This document shows, piece by piece, positions 37,921 through 47,821 of a stretch of DNA of 64,000 nt (its first letter is position 1; the number at the start of each line of letters is the position of its first letter). Below the pieces are notes generated by a model. It was given only the letters and a program-made list of their open reading frames with translations. It did no database searches and was not told the DNA's origin. Source of the DNA: an uncultured Methanosarcinales archaeon (lineage in GTDB: Archaea > Nanobdellota > Nanobdellia > Woesearchaeales > CAZYIM01). The translations under genes and the position numbers were made by a program. The stretch lies in NCBI GenBank assembly GCA_964647565.1, contig CAZYIM010000008.1:3072-67071 (forward strand), written 5' to 3'.

Positions 37921-38687
37921 TGTTTATTCATAATATTAATCCGGTGCTATTGCAGATAGGGCCTTTAGCTATTAGATATTATGGTCTGGTTTATGCAATA
38001 GGATTTTTATTTGCATATCTTTTCTTTATAAAAAAATATAAAGAAGTGAAAAATCTGAAGAAGAATGATGTTGAGAATCTTATTTTATATCTTATCTTAG
38101 GCGTCATTATCGGCGCTAGGTTATTGCTTTTTGTGTTCTATGATCCCTCTGTATTCTGGACAAATCCTTTGCAGATATTTAAGATTTGGGAGGGTGGTAT
38201 GTCTTTTCACGGGGGATTGATAGGGGGGATACTTATTATTTGGTGGTTCTCAAGAAAACACAAGATTAATTTCTATGAAATAACAGATCTTTTAACCATT
38301 CCTGTGGCTATAATGCTTGGCATTGGCAGGATTGCTAATTTTATCAATGGAGAACTTTATGGAACCCTGACTAATGTATCCTGGTGCTTTAAGTTTCCAG
38401 CTGCTGAAGGCTGCAGGCATCCATCGCAGCTTTATGAGATGGCGAAGAACTTCTTTATTGCAGGATTTTTAGCTATTCTGAAAACTAAGAAAAGTTTTGT
38501 TCCTGGCGTCCTGACATGGATATTTGTCCTTATGTACGGAATCTTAAGATTTATAGTTAATTTTTGGAGAGAAGAGACCAGATGGCTGGGTATTAGTATG
38601 GGGCAGTATCTTTGCCTGGGTATGATCGTGGTTTCAGTCTTTTTCCTGATTAGACTACATAAATCCCACACTAAAAGCAAAAAATAA
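37920..38687 (+). CDS. lgt: Prolipoprotein diacylglyceryl transferase
   Basis: IRYYG, WEGGMSFHGG, GRIANFINGELYG, RHPSQLYE. Confidence 0.95.
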   Translation: MFIHNINPVLLQIGPLAIRYYGLVYAIGFLFAYLFFIKKYKEVKNLKKNDVENLILYLILGVIIGARLLLFVFYDPSVFWTNPLQIFKIWEGGMSFHGGLIGGILIIWWFSRKHKINFYEITDLLTIPVAIMLGIGRIANFINGELYGTLTNVSWCFKFPAAEGCRHPSQLYEMAKNFFIAGFLAILKTKKSFVPGVLTWIFVLMYGILRFIVNFWREETRWLGISMGQYLCLGMIVVSVFFLIRLHKSHTKSKK

Positions 38688-38714
38688 ATATAATAGAAGT
38701 TCTTTAAAAGTAAT

Positions 38715-39005
38715 ATGAAGTGTGAGCTACACGATTTTCCATTGAAAACCTATTGTAGCTGGTGTTCAAAACCAATGTGTACTGTCTGTGTTGCAGAATC
38801 AGATGGTAAGAAATACTGTAGAGGCTGTTTTTCTAAGCTTAAACCTCATGCAAGGCAGAAATTCTTTAAATCAGGTGGAACTGGTGTTATTCAGAATGTG
38901 GATCCTTCGCTTAATGAAGATGCCATTAAAGAAACCCGGGAAGAGATGGAAGATAAATATGGGGATAAGCCAGAAAGAAAGGGATTTATCTTAAACGAGC
39001 CATAA
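38715..39005 (+). CDS. B-box-like zinc-finger protein
   Basis: C..H..C..C.KP.C..C...C..C. Confidence 0.7.
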   Translation: MKCELHDFPLKTYCSWCSKPMCTVCVAESDGKKYCRGCFSKLKPHARQKFFKSGGTGVIQNVDPSLNEDAIKETREEMEDKYGDKPERKGFILNEP

Positions 39006-39087
39006 AAAACTAAATCATTTCTAAATTACTCCTTTTTAGTGGTGAAGATTAGAAAATTTTATATAAGGATAATGAATACTACTACAC

Positions 39088-40257
39088 ATGTCTAGACAGA
39101 AGATAAAGCGAGAGCCCCCTGAGGAAACTCTAAGGGCCATTGCTGAGAAAGCCATTGAAAAGCATTTTGATAATGTCAGGACTCCTCTAATTAGAGCTGT
39201 TGGTGGGGAAAGCTTCTATAATTTATTCTGTAAAGGGCGTGAAAATATGTTTAAGCTTCTCGAAAAAATCAGGGACCTTGATTCTGAGAGGTATGGTCAT
39301 CTCTATTATGAACCCTTCAATAAAAAGAAATCAGATAAAAACCATCATTTAGAAGAGAACGAAAGAGACATTATTACCGAAACTTTACTGGAACTAGACG
39401 AGAAACATCCTTTAGATAGTGGCAGGATGCCCACTGGTTCGCGACTTGAAGTGTGCAAAAGATTAAAAAGTGCGGGATACAACAGGAGCGATGATTCAAC
39501 CTATTACCATATGCGTGCTATTTGGAATGGACAATACCCTTGCTCTGATGGGCATATTCCCCTAAGGATGAGGCGTACTTCGAAAAAACTTGGAATAACT
39601 ATCGACAATAAGATTAATGATCTTGAAAAAAGCGAACCTACTATTATCAGCTCCATATCAGGCGACAAAAAAGAGAGGAAAAAAAGGAGATTCAATCTCA
39701 AAAGGAATGTTCCTCTTGGTCATCAGAAACTGATTGCTTACATGATGGATCCTGAGAACTACCAGGTTTTTTTTGGAGAAGGCTCAAATCTGATTGCAGT
39801 AGATTTCAGGGAGACAGACACAGACTCGAAGCTTTATGAAGCTTTCAAGAAAAAGCTTGATTGTATTGAAGATGCTGTGGAAGATCAAGAGCTGATTGAA
39901 TTTGTCGATGGTTGGCTAAGATGTGATATGATTTTCAAGAGAGCTAATGGTGTCTATGCTATTGCTGAGATAAAGCAGAATGCTATTGATACTAAACAAT
40001 ATAGCAACGCCCAAAAAGCTCTACAACAGATAGGAGCATATACTGGGGCAGCAGAGGAGGTAGTCCGTCTGATTGATTTTAATAACAAGAATAATCCAGA
40101 ACATCAGGTGCTTAAGAACCCTGTGGAGGGTTATCTGGTGGCTTATACAATTCAACCTGATTTGCTTCTCTATCTGACTATGACAGAAGCAAGAGGTGCT
40201 TTTGTACTAGAGAGAACCAAAGTTGATCAGTATATTGAGAAAGCAATTGGAAAATAG
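39088..40257 (+). CDS. Protein with C-terminal PD-(D/E)XK (NucS-like) nuclease domain
   Basis: RCDMIF..IAEIKQ..ALQQIGAY (D..ExK..QxxxY). Confidence 0.6.
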   Translation: MSRQKIKREPPEETLRAIAEKAIEKHFDNVRTPLIRAVGGESFYNLFCKGRENMFKLLEKIRDLDSERYGHLYYEPFNKKKSDKNHHLEENERDIITETLLELDEKHPLDSGRMPTGSRLEVCKRLKSAGYNRSDDSTYYHMRAIWNGQYPCSDGHIPLRMRRTSKKLGITIDNKINDLEKSEPTIISSISGDKKERKKRRFNLKRNVPLGHQKLIAYMMDPENYQVFFGEGSNLIAVDFRETDTDSKLYEAFKKKLDCIEDAVEDQELIEFVDGWLRCDMIFKRANGVYAIAEIKQNAIDTKQYSNAQKALQQIGAYTGAAEEVVRLIDFNNKNNPEHQVLKNPVEGYLVAYTIQPDLLLYLTMTEARGAFVLERTKVDQYIEKAIGK

Positions 40258-40259
40258 AT

Positions 40260-41309
40260 TTATTTCATGACATAGACAGTTCTGGTGGGGAATGCCATGT
40301 CAATCTTGGCCTTGTCAAATCTTTTTTTGATCTCCATGTTTACATTGTGCTGGGCTCCTAAAATATTGTCAAGGTTCTTAACCCAGTAGATAATGTTGAA
40401 GTTGAGCGAAGAATCTGCAAATTCCATAAAATTCACCAGAGATTTGTCATCTGTATCCTTTACAGAGATTATTGCTTCTTCGAGTATCTTTTTGGCCTTT
40501 TGCATGTTTTTGTAATTCGTATCATAGGTTACGCCCACTGTTATCTTGACTCTTCGCATCCTTTCTTTTGAGATATTCTCTATTACAGAATCAGCAACTT
40601 GCGAATTAGGTATGATGATCTGGGTGCCTCCAAAGGTCTCTATCCTGGTAGTCCTTAGGCCTATTTCCCTGACAAAGCCGTCATTATCTCCTACTTTAAT
40701 CCTGTCTCCAAGCTTAAACGGCTTGTCTGTAAAAATGGCTGCGCCTCCAAAGAGGTTGGCCAATAAGTCTTTGGCTGCAAATGCAAATGCCAGTCCTCCT
40801 ATACCTAGGCCAGCGACTAGTGATGTGACATCATAACCAAACCTGTCGATAATAACTATTAATGCTATGAAAAATATGATGAACCTGACAACTTTTTTCA
40901 ATATGGGCATTAAAGCATCGTCCATGGTGGTCTTGCTTTTTTCAGTCAAAGGCGTGATATAGTGTGTCAGTATCGCCTCCAAGATAAATACGATGAACCA
41001 TGCAATGTCGAGTATAAGCAGGATGCTGATGACGTTGCTGATAAATAATGAGAAGCCTGCGCTGACATTCAGGAATTTTGAACCAAAAAATATACCGCCT
41101 ATGACCAAGAGAAAAACAAATGGCTTTTCTATTAAGCCAACAATGATGTCATCCACTTTGCTTTCAGTCTTCTCGGCCTTTGCTTTCATAATGGTGGAAC
41201 TGATCCAGTGAATGATTCTGCCGATTAGTACGCCACCAATGATGAATGCACAGAATATCAGATATCTCCAGAGTTCATTACCAAGATAGATATTGTATAA
41301 AAAATCCAT
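40260..41309 (-). CDS. mscS: MscS small-conductance mechanosensitive channel
   Basis: GLGIGGLAFAFAAKD, KPFKLGD, IGLRTT, IPNS, FADSSL. Confidence 0.95.
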   Translation of the reverse strand: MDFLYNIYLGNELWRYLIFCAFIIGGVLIGRIIHWISSTIMKAKAEKTESKVDDIIVGLIEKPFVFLLVIGGIFFGSKFLNVSAGFSLFISNVISILLILDIAWFIVFILEAILTHYITPLTEKSKTTMDDALMPILKKVVRFIIFFIALIVIIDRFGYDVTSLVAGLGIGGLAFAFAAKDLLANLFGGAAIFTDKPFKLGDRIKVGDNDGFVREIGLRTTRIETFGGTQIIIPNSQVADSVIENISKERMRRVKITVGVTYDTNYKNMQKAKKILEEAIISVKDTDDKSLVNFMEFADSSLNFNIIYWVKNLDNILGAQHNVNMEIKKRFDKAKIDMAFPTRTVYVMK

Positions 41310-41426
41310 AGTGTGCGTTGGAAACAGATGATTTAAAAAATTTACTATTTAAACCCCTCTATTTGGAACTACTCAGGAGTGATTAGTTTGACAATATTTA
41401 TAAATGATGCTTTTTTCACCTATTGT

Positions 41427-41960
41427 ATGAACAAATTATTATCTTATGGGATGGTTCTTTTGACAACTGTTGCTATGGCAGGAGCTGCAAGAAGTCAGAC
41501 CTATACTAAACCGTCAGAACTAGTTGAGAAAGTGCAGCAATATCAAAGAACTCATATTAATAAAAAAAGAAGAGATACATATCATACTATAACTGGATTT
41601 CCGAATGTTGATTGGGTGCTGCCAAAAGGAATTCCTTTGGGACCTGTTAAACTATTGGCTGTTAAAATAGAATACAAAGACAGTAAATCCGATGGACCAT
41701 CAAACAAAGATCAGCTTAGATATAGTGTGAAGATAAGAACTAAAAACGGACAAGAAAAAACAGGCCGCTACTTGGTAAAGTTCAAGAAAAATAATGATTA
41801 TGAGATGAAAAGGTTAGTCCGCAATGGCAAGAAACTCAAAGAAGCACATATTGAAAAAAGTGACGAGCTTTCTTCTGTGATCAGGACCATAATTGGCTCT
41901 GCATTGGATGTTGAGCTTTTCATGCAGAATCTTAGTTCAAAAACTGTATTAGGAGAATAA
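41427..41960 (+). CDS. Secreted basic hypothetical protein
   Basis: Signal peptide MNKLL..AARSQ. Confidence 0.65.
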   Translation: MNKLLSYGMVLLTTVAMAGAARSQTYTKPSELVEKVQQYQRTHINKKRRDTYHTITGFPNVDWVLPKGIPLGPVKLLAVKIEYKDSKSDGPSNKDQLRYSVKIRTKNGQEKTGRYLVKFKKNNDYEMKRLVRNGKKLKEAHIEKSDELSSVIRTIIGSALDVELFMQNLSSKTVLGE

Positions 41961-42674
41961 TCATTGTAAGAAAAAGCCATCTTTTAGGGCATAACCACCC
42001 TTATATTCTTTGACCAAATCAGATTGAGATGCCATAAGCATAGTCTTGAAATATATCTCTGTCATCAAGGCTCGGGTCATTGAGCCGCTACGATGCCCGA
42101 AAGACAGATCACCTTTCTTGGACTCTTTTTCCCAATTAAGATTACCATTATTATTTTCTTTTTTCCACTTCTTAACCATCTTCCTGTCAAAATCAATCAT
42201 AGTTCCGTTGTTTCTTGGATGGAACATATCATGGACTTTAATCTGGATGTAAGGAATGTGATCATACATGTACCGCATGGTTAACTTAGCCTCAAAAGCC
42301 TTTGAATTGGTCGGCGTATCAAGTTCCTGGCTGAAAATTGGGATTGGGTCGAAAACAAAATCCTTGTAAAAGAATATCTTGCCTTTGTCAAAGGCATTTT
42401 TTAGGCAGTGTTTGTAGGCACTCTGGACATTGTTATCCAGGCTGTCTCGGGCAGTCAATCCAAGATCGATTTTTGTGTCAAGATTATAATCCTTAAATAC
42501 TCTGCCTCTATATGTATAGGTGAGGTCAGTGCCACCCATCTGACTTTTGAAAACCTTAATCTCTCCGACACCAATATCATCTTTTGCAGAAAAACTTTTA
42601 ATACCAGAACAACCGGTCATATAAAGAGTTAAAGCAGTGCAAAGCCCAACAAACAATCCCCCCAACTTCTTCAT
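41961..42674 (-). CDS. Putative lipoprotein
   Basis: MKK, hydrophobic core, MTG-C lipobox-like motif. Confidence 0.6.
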   Translation of the reverse strand: MKKLGGLFVGLCTALTLYMTGCSGIKSFSAKDDIGVGEIKVFKSQMGGTDLTYTYRGRVFKDYNLDTKIDLGLTARDSLDNNVQSAYKHCLKNAFDKGKIFFYKDFVFDPIPIFSQELDTPTNSKAFEAKLTMRYMYDHIPYIQIKVHDMFHPRNNGTMIDFDRKMVKKWKKENNNGNLNWEKESKKGDLSFGHRSGSMTRALMTEIYFKTMLMASQSDLVKEYKGGYALKDGFFLQ

Positions 42675-42762
42675 AACAACAAGAAATGGATTAAGATATA
42701 TAAAAATTGTGCTTGGGATATCACAATATTTTAATAATAGTTAGTTCAGATTTTGTTTTAGG

Positions 42763-44145
42763 TTGAAAGAGAAGAGGTTTGTTAGTTTTTTGTTAGTTGT
42801 AGTTTTATCTATGGCTTTGGCTCTTGTTTTTTTGGATTTTGTTCCTTCTGGTGGTTTGGCGGGTGTTGGTTTGAGTTGTGATTCTGTTTGTTTTGATGGT
42901 GGTTATAGTCGTGGTTTTTGTTTGCCTGAGAGTGCGGGTTGTGTTATTGAGGGTAGTGTTCATGAGGGTGTTGGTGATGTTTTTTGTTCTGAGCGGTTGT
43001 CTGTTGATGCTGTTTGTTGTTGTCTGAGAACCAGAAGTTTTGGATCTGGTCAGGAACAGGATGTTCTGACTAAGTTTGGTGGTGTTGAGTTTGTTTATGC
43101 TAATGGCCAGAGGGTTGCGAAGGTTGAGGGTGGTGATGTGTTTTTCTTTGTGAATGATCATTTGGGTAGTCCGCGGAGAGTGCTTGACTTGACAGGCAAT
43201 GTTGTGAACGAACTTGACTTTTTGCCTTTTGGTTCTGAGATGACTGCTAGTGGTGAGGATTTTAAGTATACTGGCAAGGAGTTGGATCTTGATAGTGGTT
43301 TGCATTATTATGGTGCTCGTTATTATGATTCTGTTGCAGGCAGGTTTATTACTCCTGATACTGTCGAGAAGTTCCCCAATCCGTATGTCTATGTTGCTAA
43401 TAATCCTATGAAGTATATTGATCCAAGAGGGCAACAACAGAAATCCGCAATAGTTTTCTTGGCAGATGCAGGTGATTTCTCAAAAGGAAAAGGATTCATC
43501 AGATCTTCCACAAAAAAATTGAAAAAACAATTTAATGGTTTTCTTTTTAATAGTTTTATTATTAGGCATACAGCCAACTATTTTGTTAGGAGTGCTCAAA
43601 ACCTAAGAGATGCTTATCAAAATGAGGGTTATGAAGTACAAATCATATCAGGGCATCAAAGCTCACCTATAATAAAATCTATAATTGAGAAAGTTCTTGA
43701 AATAGATGTGCCCACTGATGTAGAAAGTGGATGGACTGTTTCAGATTTAGTAACTGAGAATCCTGGGAAATTGGTGGGTGTTATTGGTCACAGTTCTAGA
43801 ACTGATGAGCGAATTTCAGTTGATATGAAATATACTCGAAATAGTGTAGGTGCATTAAGAACTGAAGAAGCATTTATAATGGGACAAGACAGTTCATATG
43901 TTGAAATTTTTGGGTACCCTACTGATACTGCTCACTCTAATACTTGTTTTGAGATATATGGATGCGGGCTGGTGAACTCTGTTGCAGAGAAAAAAGGAAC
44001 TGTGAGTAATAAAGGTCTAAGCCTGGCCACTAAAATGAGAGGGAAATATTCTTGGGAACAAATACAAGACTACTTTGATGAATCGGCGAATTATCCTTGG
44101 TTTAAGTCTTATGCTGGATATAAAACTGTTAAAAAAAGTGAGTGA
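42763..44145 (+). CDS. Short secreted RHS-core protein with Cys-rich N-terminal domain and variable C-terminal domain
   Basis: DHLGS, PFG, YTGKELD.DSGLHYYGARYYD..GRF.TPD, Y.YVANNP..YIDPRG. Confidence 0.9.
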   Translation: MKEKRFVSFLLVVVLSMALALVFLDFVPSGGLAGVGLSCDSVCFDGGYSRGFCLPESAGCVIEGSVHEGVGDVFCSERLSVDAVCCCLRTRSFGSGQEQDVLTKFGGVEFVYANGQRVAKVEGGDVFFFVNDHLGSPRRVLDLTGNVVNELDFLPFGSEMTASGEDFKYTGKELDLDSGLHYYGARYYDSVAGRFITPDTVEKFPNPYVYVANNPMKYIDPRGQQQKSAIVFLADAGDFSKGKGFIRSSTKKLKKQFNGFLFNSFIIRHTANYFVRSAQNLRDAYQNEGYEVQIISGHQSSPIIKSIIEKVLEIDVPTDVESGWTVSDLVTENPGKLVGVIGHSSRTDERISVDMKYTRNSVGALRTEEAFIMGQDSSYVEIFGYPTDTAHSNTCFEIYGCGLVNSVAEKKGTVSNKGLSLATKMRGKYSWEQIQDYFDESANYPWFKSYAGYKTVKKSE

Positions 44146-44251
44146 TATGCTATATTCATAGGGAAACCTATAAAATTGTGTTACAATTTTAAGGTTTGTA
44201 AATCCTTTGGATTTCCATAACTTTTATAAATCATCCAGATTTCCTTCTGCT

Positions 44252-44291
44252 TACCAATGATTGATGAAGCCCTTAGGGGCTGAATGAGGTA
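44252..44291 (+). promoter_or_regulatory. Tandem kink-turn hairpin in the rpl7ae 5' leader
   Basis: TACC-AAT-GA-TT-GAT-GA-AGCCC-TTAG-GGGCT-GA-AT-GA-GGTA, ~22 nt downstream of the TATA at 44223-44230. Confidence 0.75.
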
Positions 44292-44345
44292 CTTTTTTCT
44301 AGTATCTCTTAATTTAGCTATAAAAAACCTTTGGAGGTTAATAAA

Positions 44346-44660
44346 ATGAGTGAGAAAGCATATGAAACAATAGAGCTTGCAAGAAAGACTGGCAAGTTGA
44401 AAAAAGGAGTCAATGAAGTTACAAAGACCTTAGAAAAAGGCACAGCAAAGATAGTGTTTGTTGCTAAGGATATCAATCCACCTGAAATTTCAATGCATCT
44501 TCCATTACTAGCAAAGGAAAAAGGCATCACCTGTATCGAGGTTCCTAGTAAAGAGGAGCTCGGAGCAGCAGCTGGTCTTACTTTAGGCACAGCAGCAGTT
44601 GCCATTGTTGATGAAGGGGACGCAAAAGACTTAATCAAAGATCTTGGAACTAGTGAGTGA
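44346..44660 (+). CDS. rpl7ae: 50S ribosomal protein L7Ae
   Basis: [31 protein letters not shown]. Confidence 0.97.
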   Translation: MSEKAYETIELARKTGKLKKGVNEVTKTLEKGTAKIVFVAKDINPPEISMHLPLLAKEKGITCIEVPSKEELGAAAGLTLGTAAVAIVDEGDAKDLIKDLGTSE

Positions 44661-44662
44661 AA

Positions 44663-44917
44663 ATGGCAGAAGAAAAGAAAAGCAGTGGTATTCATTTTTC
44701 CATGGGCTTTCCTGCTAGTGTAGAAGAAGTTGTGGGTAGAACAGGTACAAGAGGAGAAGCTACCCAGGTGAGATGCAAAGTCCTTGATGGAAGGGATAAA
44801 AACAAGATCCTGAAAAGGAATGTCAGAGGCCCTGTACAGGTCGGTGATATCCTTATCCTTAGAGAGACTGAAATCGAGGCTAGAAGCCTTTCAAAGTCTG
44901 GAAGAGGAAATCAATAG
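44663..44917 (+). CDS. rps28e: 30S ribosomal protein S28e
   Basis: [35 protein letters not shown]. Confidence 0.97.
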   Translation: MAEEKKSSGIHFSMGFPASVEEVVGRTGTRGEATQVRCKVLDGRDKNKILKRNVRGPVQVGDILILRETEIEARSLSKSGRGNQ

Positions 44918-44925
44918 AGGTGTTC

Positions 44926-45120
44926 ATGATGGCAAAATGTGATTTTTGTAAAACGCATATAACTCCTGGTACAGGAAAGAAGTTTATTAAAAAAGACGGC
45001 AAGATACTGGATTTTTGCTCAATGAAATGTGAGAAGAATCTGTTAAAGCTTAGACGCAAACCAAGGACCACAAAGTGGACCAAGGAGTTTGAGCAGGTCA
45101 AGAAAGGGGTAAAGAGTTAA
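44926..45120 (+). CDS. rpl24e: 50S ribosomal protein L24e
   Basis: CDFC..PGTG..FCS.KC..PR..KWT. Confidence 0.96.
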   Translation: MMAKCDFCKTHITPGTGKKFIKKDGKILDFCSMKCEKNLLKLRRKPRTTKWTKEFEQVKKGVKS

Positions 45121-45121
45121 A

Positions 45122-45610
45122 ATGATCGAAAGAAGTCTGGTTGCATTAAAGCCTGATGCAGTGCAGAGGGCATTTATAGGAAGGGTCATCACAAGGTTTG
45201 AGGATGCAGGCCTTAAGATTATCGGCATGAAGATGGTCTGGATCGATGAAGAATTCGGCAAGAAACATTATGCTGACCTTGGAGAACGTAGAGGGGAAGA
45301 TGTGCTTAGAAGGATGCTTAAGCTGCTTACTTCGGGACCTGTTGTTGCCATGTGCATCGAGGGTGTCAAGGCAGTTGAAGTTGTGCGCAAGATTGTTGGA
45401 AGCACTGAACCAAGAGCAAGCCTGCCAGGTACGATTCGAGGGGACTTCGCTCATATGAGTTACGAGTATGCTGACAATAAAGATATAGGAGTACCGAACC
45501 TGATACACGCTTCAGGCAATGTTGAGGAAGCCGAAGCTGAGACCAAACTTTGGTTCAAGGACGAGGAGCTACACTCTTACAAGACAGTGCATGATGTACA
45601 TGTGCTATAA
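45122..45610 (+). CDS. ndk: Nucleoside diphosphate kinase
   Basis: KPDAVQR, PGTIRGDF, NLIHAS. Confidence 0.97.
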   Translation: MIERSLVALKPDAVQRAFIGRVITRFEDAGLKIIGMKMVWIDEEFGKKHYADLGERRGEDVLRRMLKLLTSGPVVAMCIEGVKAVEVVRKIVGSTEPRASLPGTIRGDFAHMSYEYADNKDIGVPNLIHASGNVEEAEAETKLWFKDEELHSYKTVHDVHVL

Positions 45611-45634
45611 AAAACTAGGAAATAGGTGATTATT

Positions 45635-47821
45635 ATGGGAGAAAAGATGGTGGAGAAGGTCACAAGAATCATGACCAATCCTGAACAGATAAGAAATATT
45701 GCAATATGTGCTCATATTGACCATGGAAAAACAACATTTTCAGACAACTTGTTGGCTGGATGTGGTATGATGTCAGAAGAGCTGGCAGGTAAGGCTCTTC
45801 AATTGGATTTTCATGATGATGAACAGGAGAGAGGTATTACTATTGATACTGCTGCTGTGAACATGGTGCACACATATAAGGAAAGAGAGTATCTGATCAA
45901 TCTGCAAGATACGCCAGGACACGTTGATTTTGGTGGAGATGTAACAAGGGCTATGAGAGCTGTTGATGGTTGTATAGTCTTGTGCTGCGCAGTTGAGGGT
46001 ATAATGCCCCAGACTGAAACAGTGTTGAGACAGGCTTTAAGAGAGCGTGTCAAACCCATTCTCTTTATTAATAAGGTTGATAGATTGATCAAAGAGGTTA
46101 AGCTAACCCCTGAAGAGATGCAGAACAAGTTTGTAAAGATCATCACTTCTGTAAATAAGCTTATCAAGCAGATTGCAGAGGAAGAATATGGTGAGAAATG
46201 GCAAGTCAATGTCCAGGACGGCAGCGTCTGCTTTGGCTCTGCATTCCACAACTGGGCCATGAGCATCGATTACATGCAGGAGAAAGGCTTGACTTTTAAG
46301 GATGTTATTGATGGTTATCAAAGTGAAAGCTGGAAAGAGCTTAGAAATAAGGCGCCATTGCATGAGGTAATTCTTAATGCAGTTATTAAGCACCTTCCTG
46401 ATCCCAAAATCGCCCAGAACTATAGAATACCCAAGATCTGGCATGGAGAATTAGAGGGTCCTGTTGGAAAAGCGCTTCAATCCTGCGATCCAAATGGTCC
46501 TGTGATGTTTATTGTGACCAAAGTTGTTGTTGATCCTCAGGCAGGAGAGATCAGTGCTGGAAGACTTTATTCAGGAACCCTAAAGAAAGGGGAAATGGTC
46601 ACGCTTTCCAAGGCCAAGCTCCAACTTAGGACACAACAGGTTTATATCTACAATGGTGCCAAGAGGGAGATTGTCGAGAATGTGCCTGCAGGCAATATTG
46701 TTGGTCTAGGAGGTATGAAAAATGCTTATCCTGGAGAGACCGTTTCAACAGATATAGGAGTGACTCCGTTTGAGGAGATCAAGCACCTGTTTGATCCTGT
46801 AATTACCAAATCAATTGAAGCCAAGAATCCTGCAGATCTTCCTAAATTGATCGATGTTTTGGTTCAGGTCTCAAAAGAAGACCCATCCATCATAGTTGCT
46901 ATCAATAAGGAGACAGGCGAGCATCTGTTGAGTGGCATGGGAGAGCTTCATCTTGAGATTATTGAAAACAGAATACGAGATACTAAGAATGTTCAAATAG
47001 AGATGGGTCCGCCTATTGTTGTATATAGAGAGGCCATCACCAAGACCACACCTTCTCAAGTTGAAGGAAAATCTCCTAATAAACACAACAAGCTGTATTT
47101 TATTGTCGAACCTTTATCTGAAGAGATGAAAACAGCACTTCACGAGAAGAAGATCAGTGAAGGCAGGATCAAGAAAAAGGATGAAGAGCTCTGGAAAGCT
47201 CTATCGGATGCAGGTATGGATTCCAAAGAGACTCGGAAAGTCAGAGATGTCTTCAAGGGATGTCTTTTCGTAGATGGAACCAGAGGTATTGTCCATATTG
47301 GAGAGATTATGGAAATGGTCCTTGATATGTTTGAGAATGTTATGAATGCCGGTCCTATTGCAAACGAACCTTGCATCAATATCAAAGTTACCTTGACTGA
47401 TGTCAAGCTTCATGAGGATGCAATACATAGAGGTCCTGCTCAGTTGTATCCTGCAATCAGGGAGGGTATCAGAGGTGCAATGCGACTGGCTGGCCCTTTG
47501 ATGTATGAGCCTTTGCAGATCCTGCAGTTTGAAGCTCCTAATGAATTTATGGGTGAGATTAGCAAGTTGATATCCAATAAGAGAGGTCAGCTATTGGATA
47601 TGCAGGAAGAGGGTGGTTTAGTAATTGTGAAGGGTAAGTTGCCAGTTGCAGAAATGTTTGGACTGAGCTCAGATTTGAGAAGCGCAACTGGAGGCAGAGG
47701 AAATTTCTCTGTGATTGACCAGTCATTCGAAAGATTGCCTGATGATCTCCAAAACAAGATTAGCAACCAGATAAGAAACAGGAAAGGCTTGAAAGCTGAT
47801 GCTAGCGAGGGAACCGAATAA
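45635..47821 (+). CDS. fusA: Elongation factor 2
   Basis: AHIDHGKTT, ERGITI, DTPGHVDF, NKVD, HEDAIHRG. Confidence 0.98.
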   Translation: MGEKMVEKVTRIMTNPEQIRNIAICAHIDHGKTTFSDNLLAGCGMMSEELAGKALQLDFHDDEQERGITIDTAAVNMVHTYKEREYLINLQDTPGHVDFGGDVTRAMRAVDGCIVLCCAVEGIMPQTETVLRQALRERVKPILFINKVDRLIKEVKLTPEEMQNKFVKIITSVNKLIKQIAEEEYGEKWQVNVQDGSVCFGSAFHNWAMSIDYMQEKGLTFKDVIDGYQSESWKELRNKAPLHEVILNAVIKHLPDPKIAQNYRIPKIWHGELEGPVGKALQSCDPNGPVMFIVTKVVVDPQAGEISAGRLYSGTLKKGEMVTLSKAKLQLRTQQVYIYNGAKREIVENVPAGNIVGLGGMKNAYPGETVSTDIGVTPFEEIKHLFDPVITKSIEAKNPADLPKLIDVLVQVSKEDPSIIVAINKETGEHLLSGMGELHLEIIENRIRDTKNVQIEMGPPIVVYREAITKTTPSQVEGKSPNKHNKLYFIVEPLSEEMKTALHEKKISEGRIKKKDEELWKALSDAGMDSKETRKVRDVFKGCLFVDGTRGIVHIGEIMEMVLDMFENVMNAGPIANEPCINIKVTLTDVKLHEDAIHRGPAQLYPAIREGIRGAMRLAGPLMYEPLQILQFEAPNEFMGEISKLISNKRGQLLDMQEEGGLVIVKGKLPVAEMFGLSSDLRSATGGRGNFSVIDQSFERLPDDLQNKISNQIRNRKGLKADASEGTE

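Noticed and set aside
42805-43437. Thr/Asn-rich 210-aa minus-strand ORF
   Set aside because: Shadow of the G+T-biased RHS coding strand.
42763-44145. Diversity-generating retroelement target
   Set aside because: No template/variable repeat pair with adenine-specific mismatches and no reverse transcriptase in the window.
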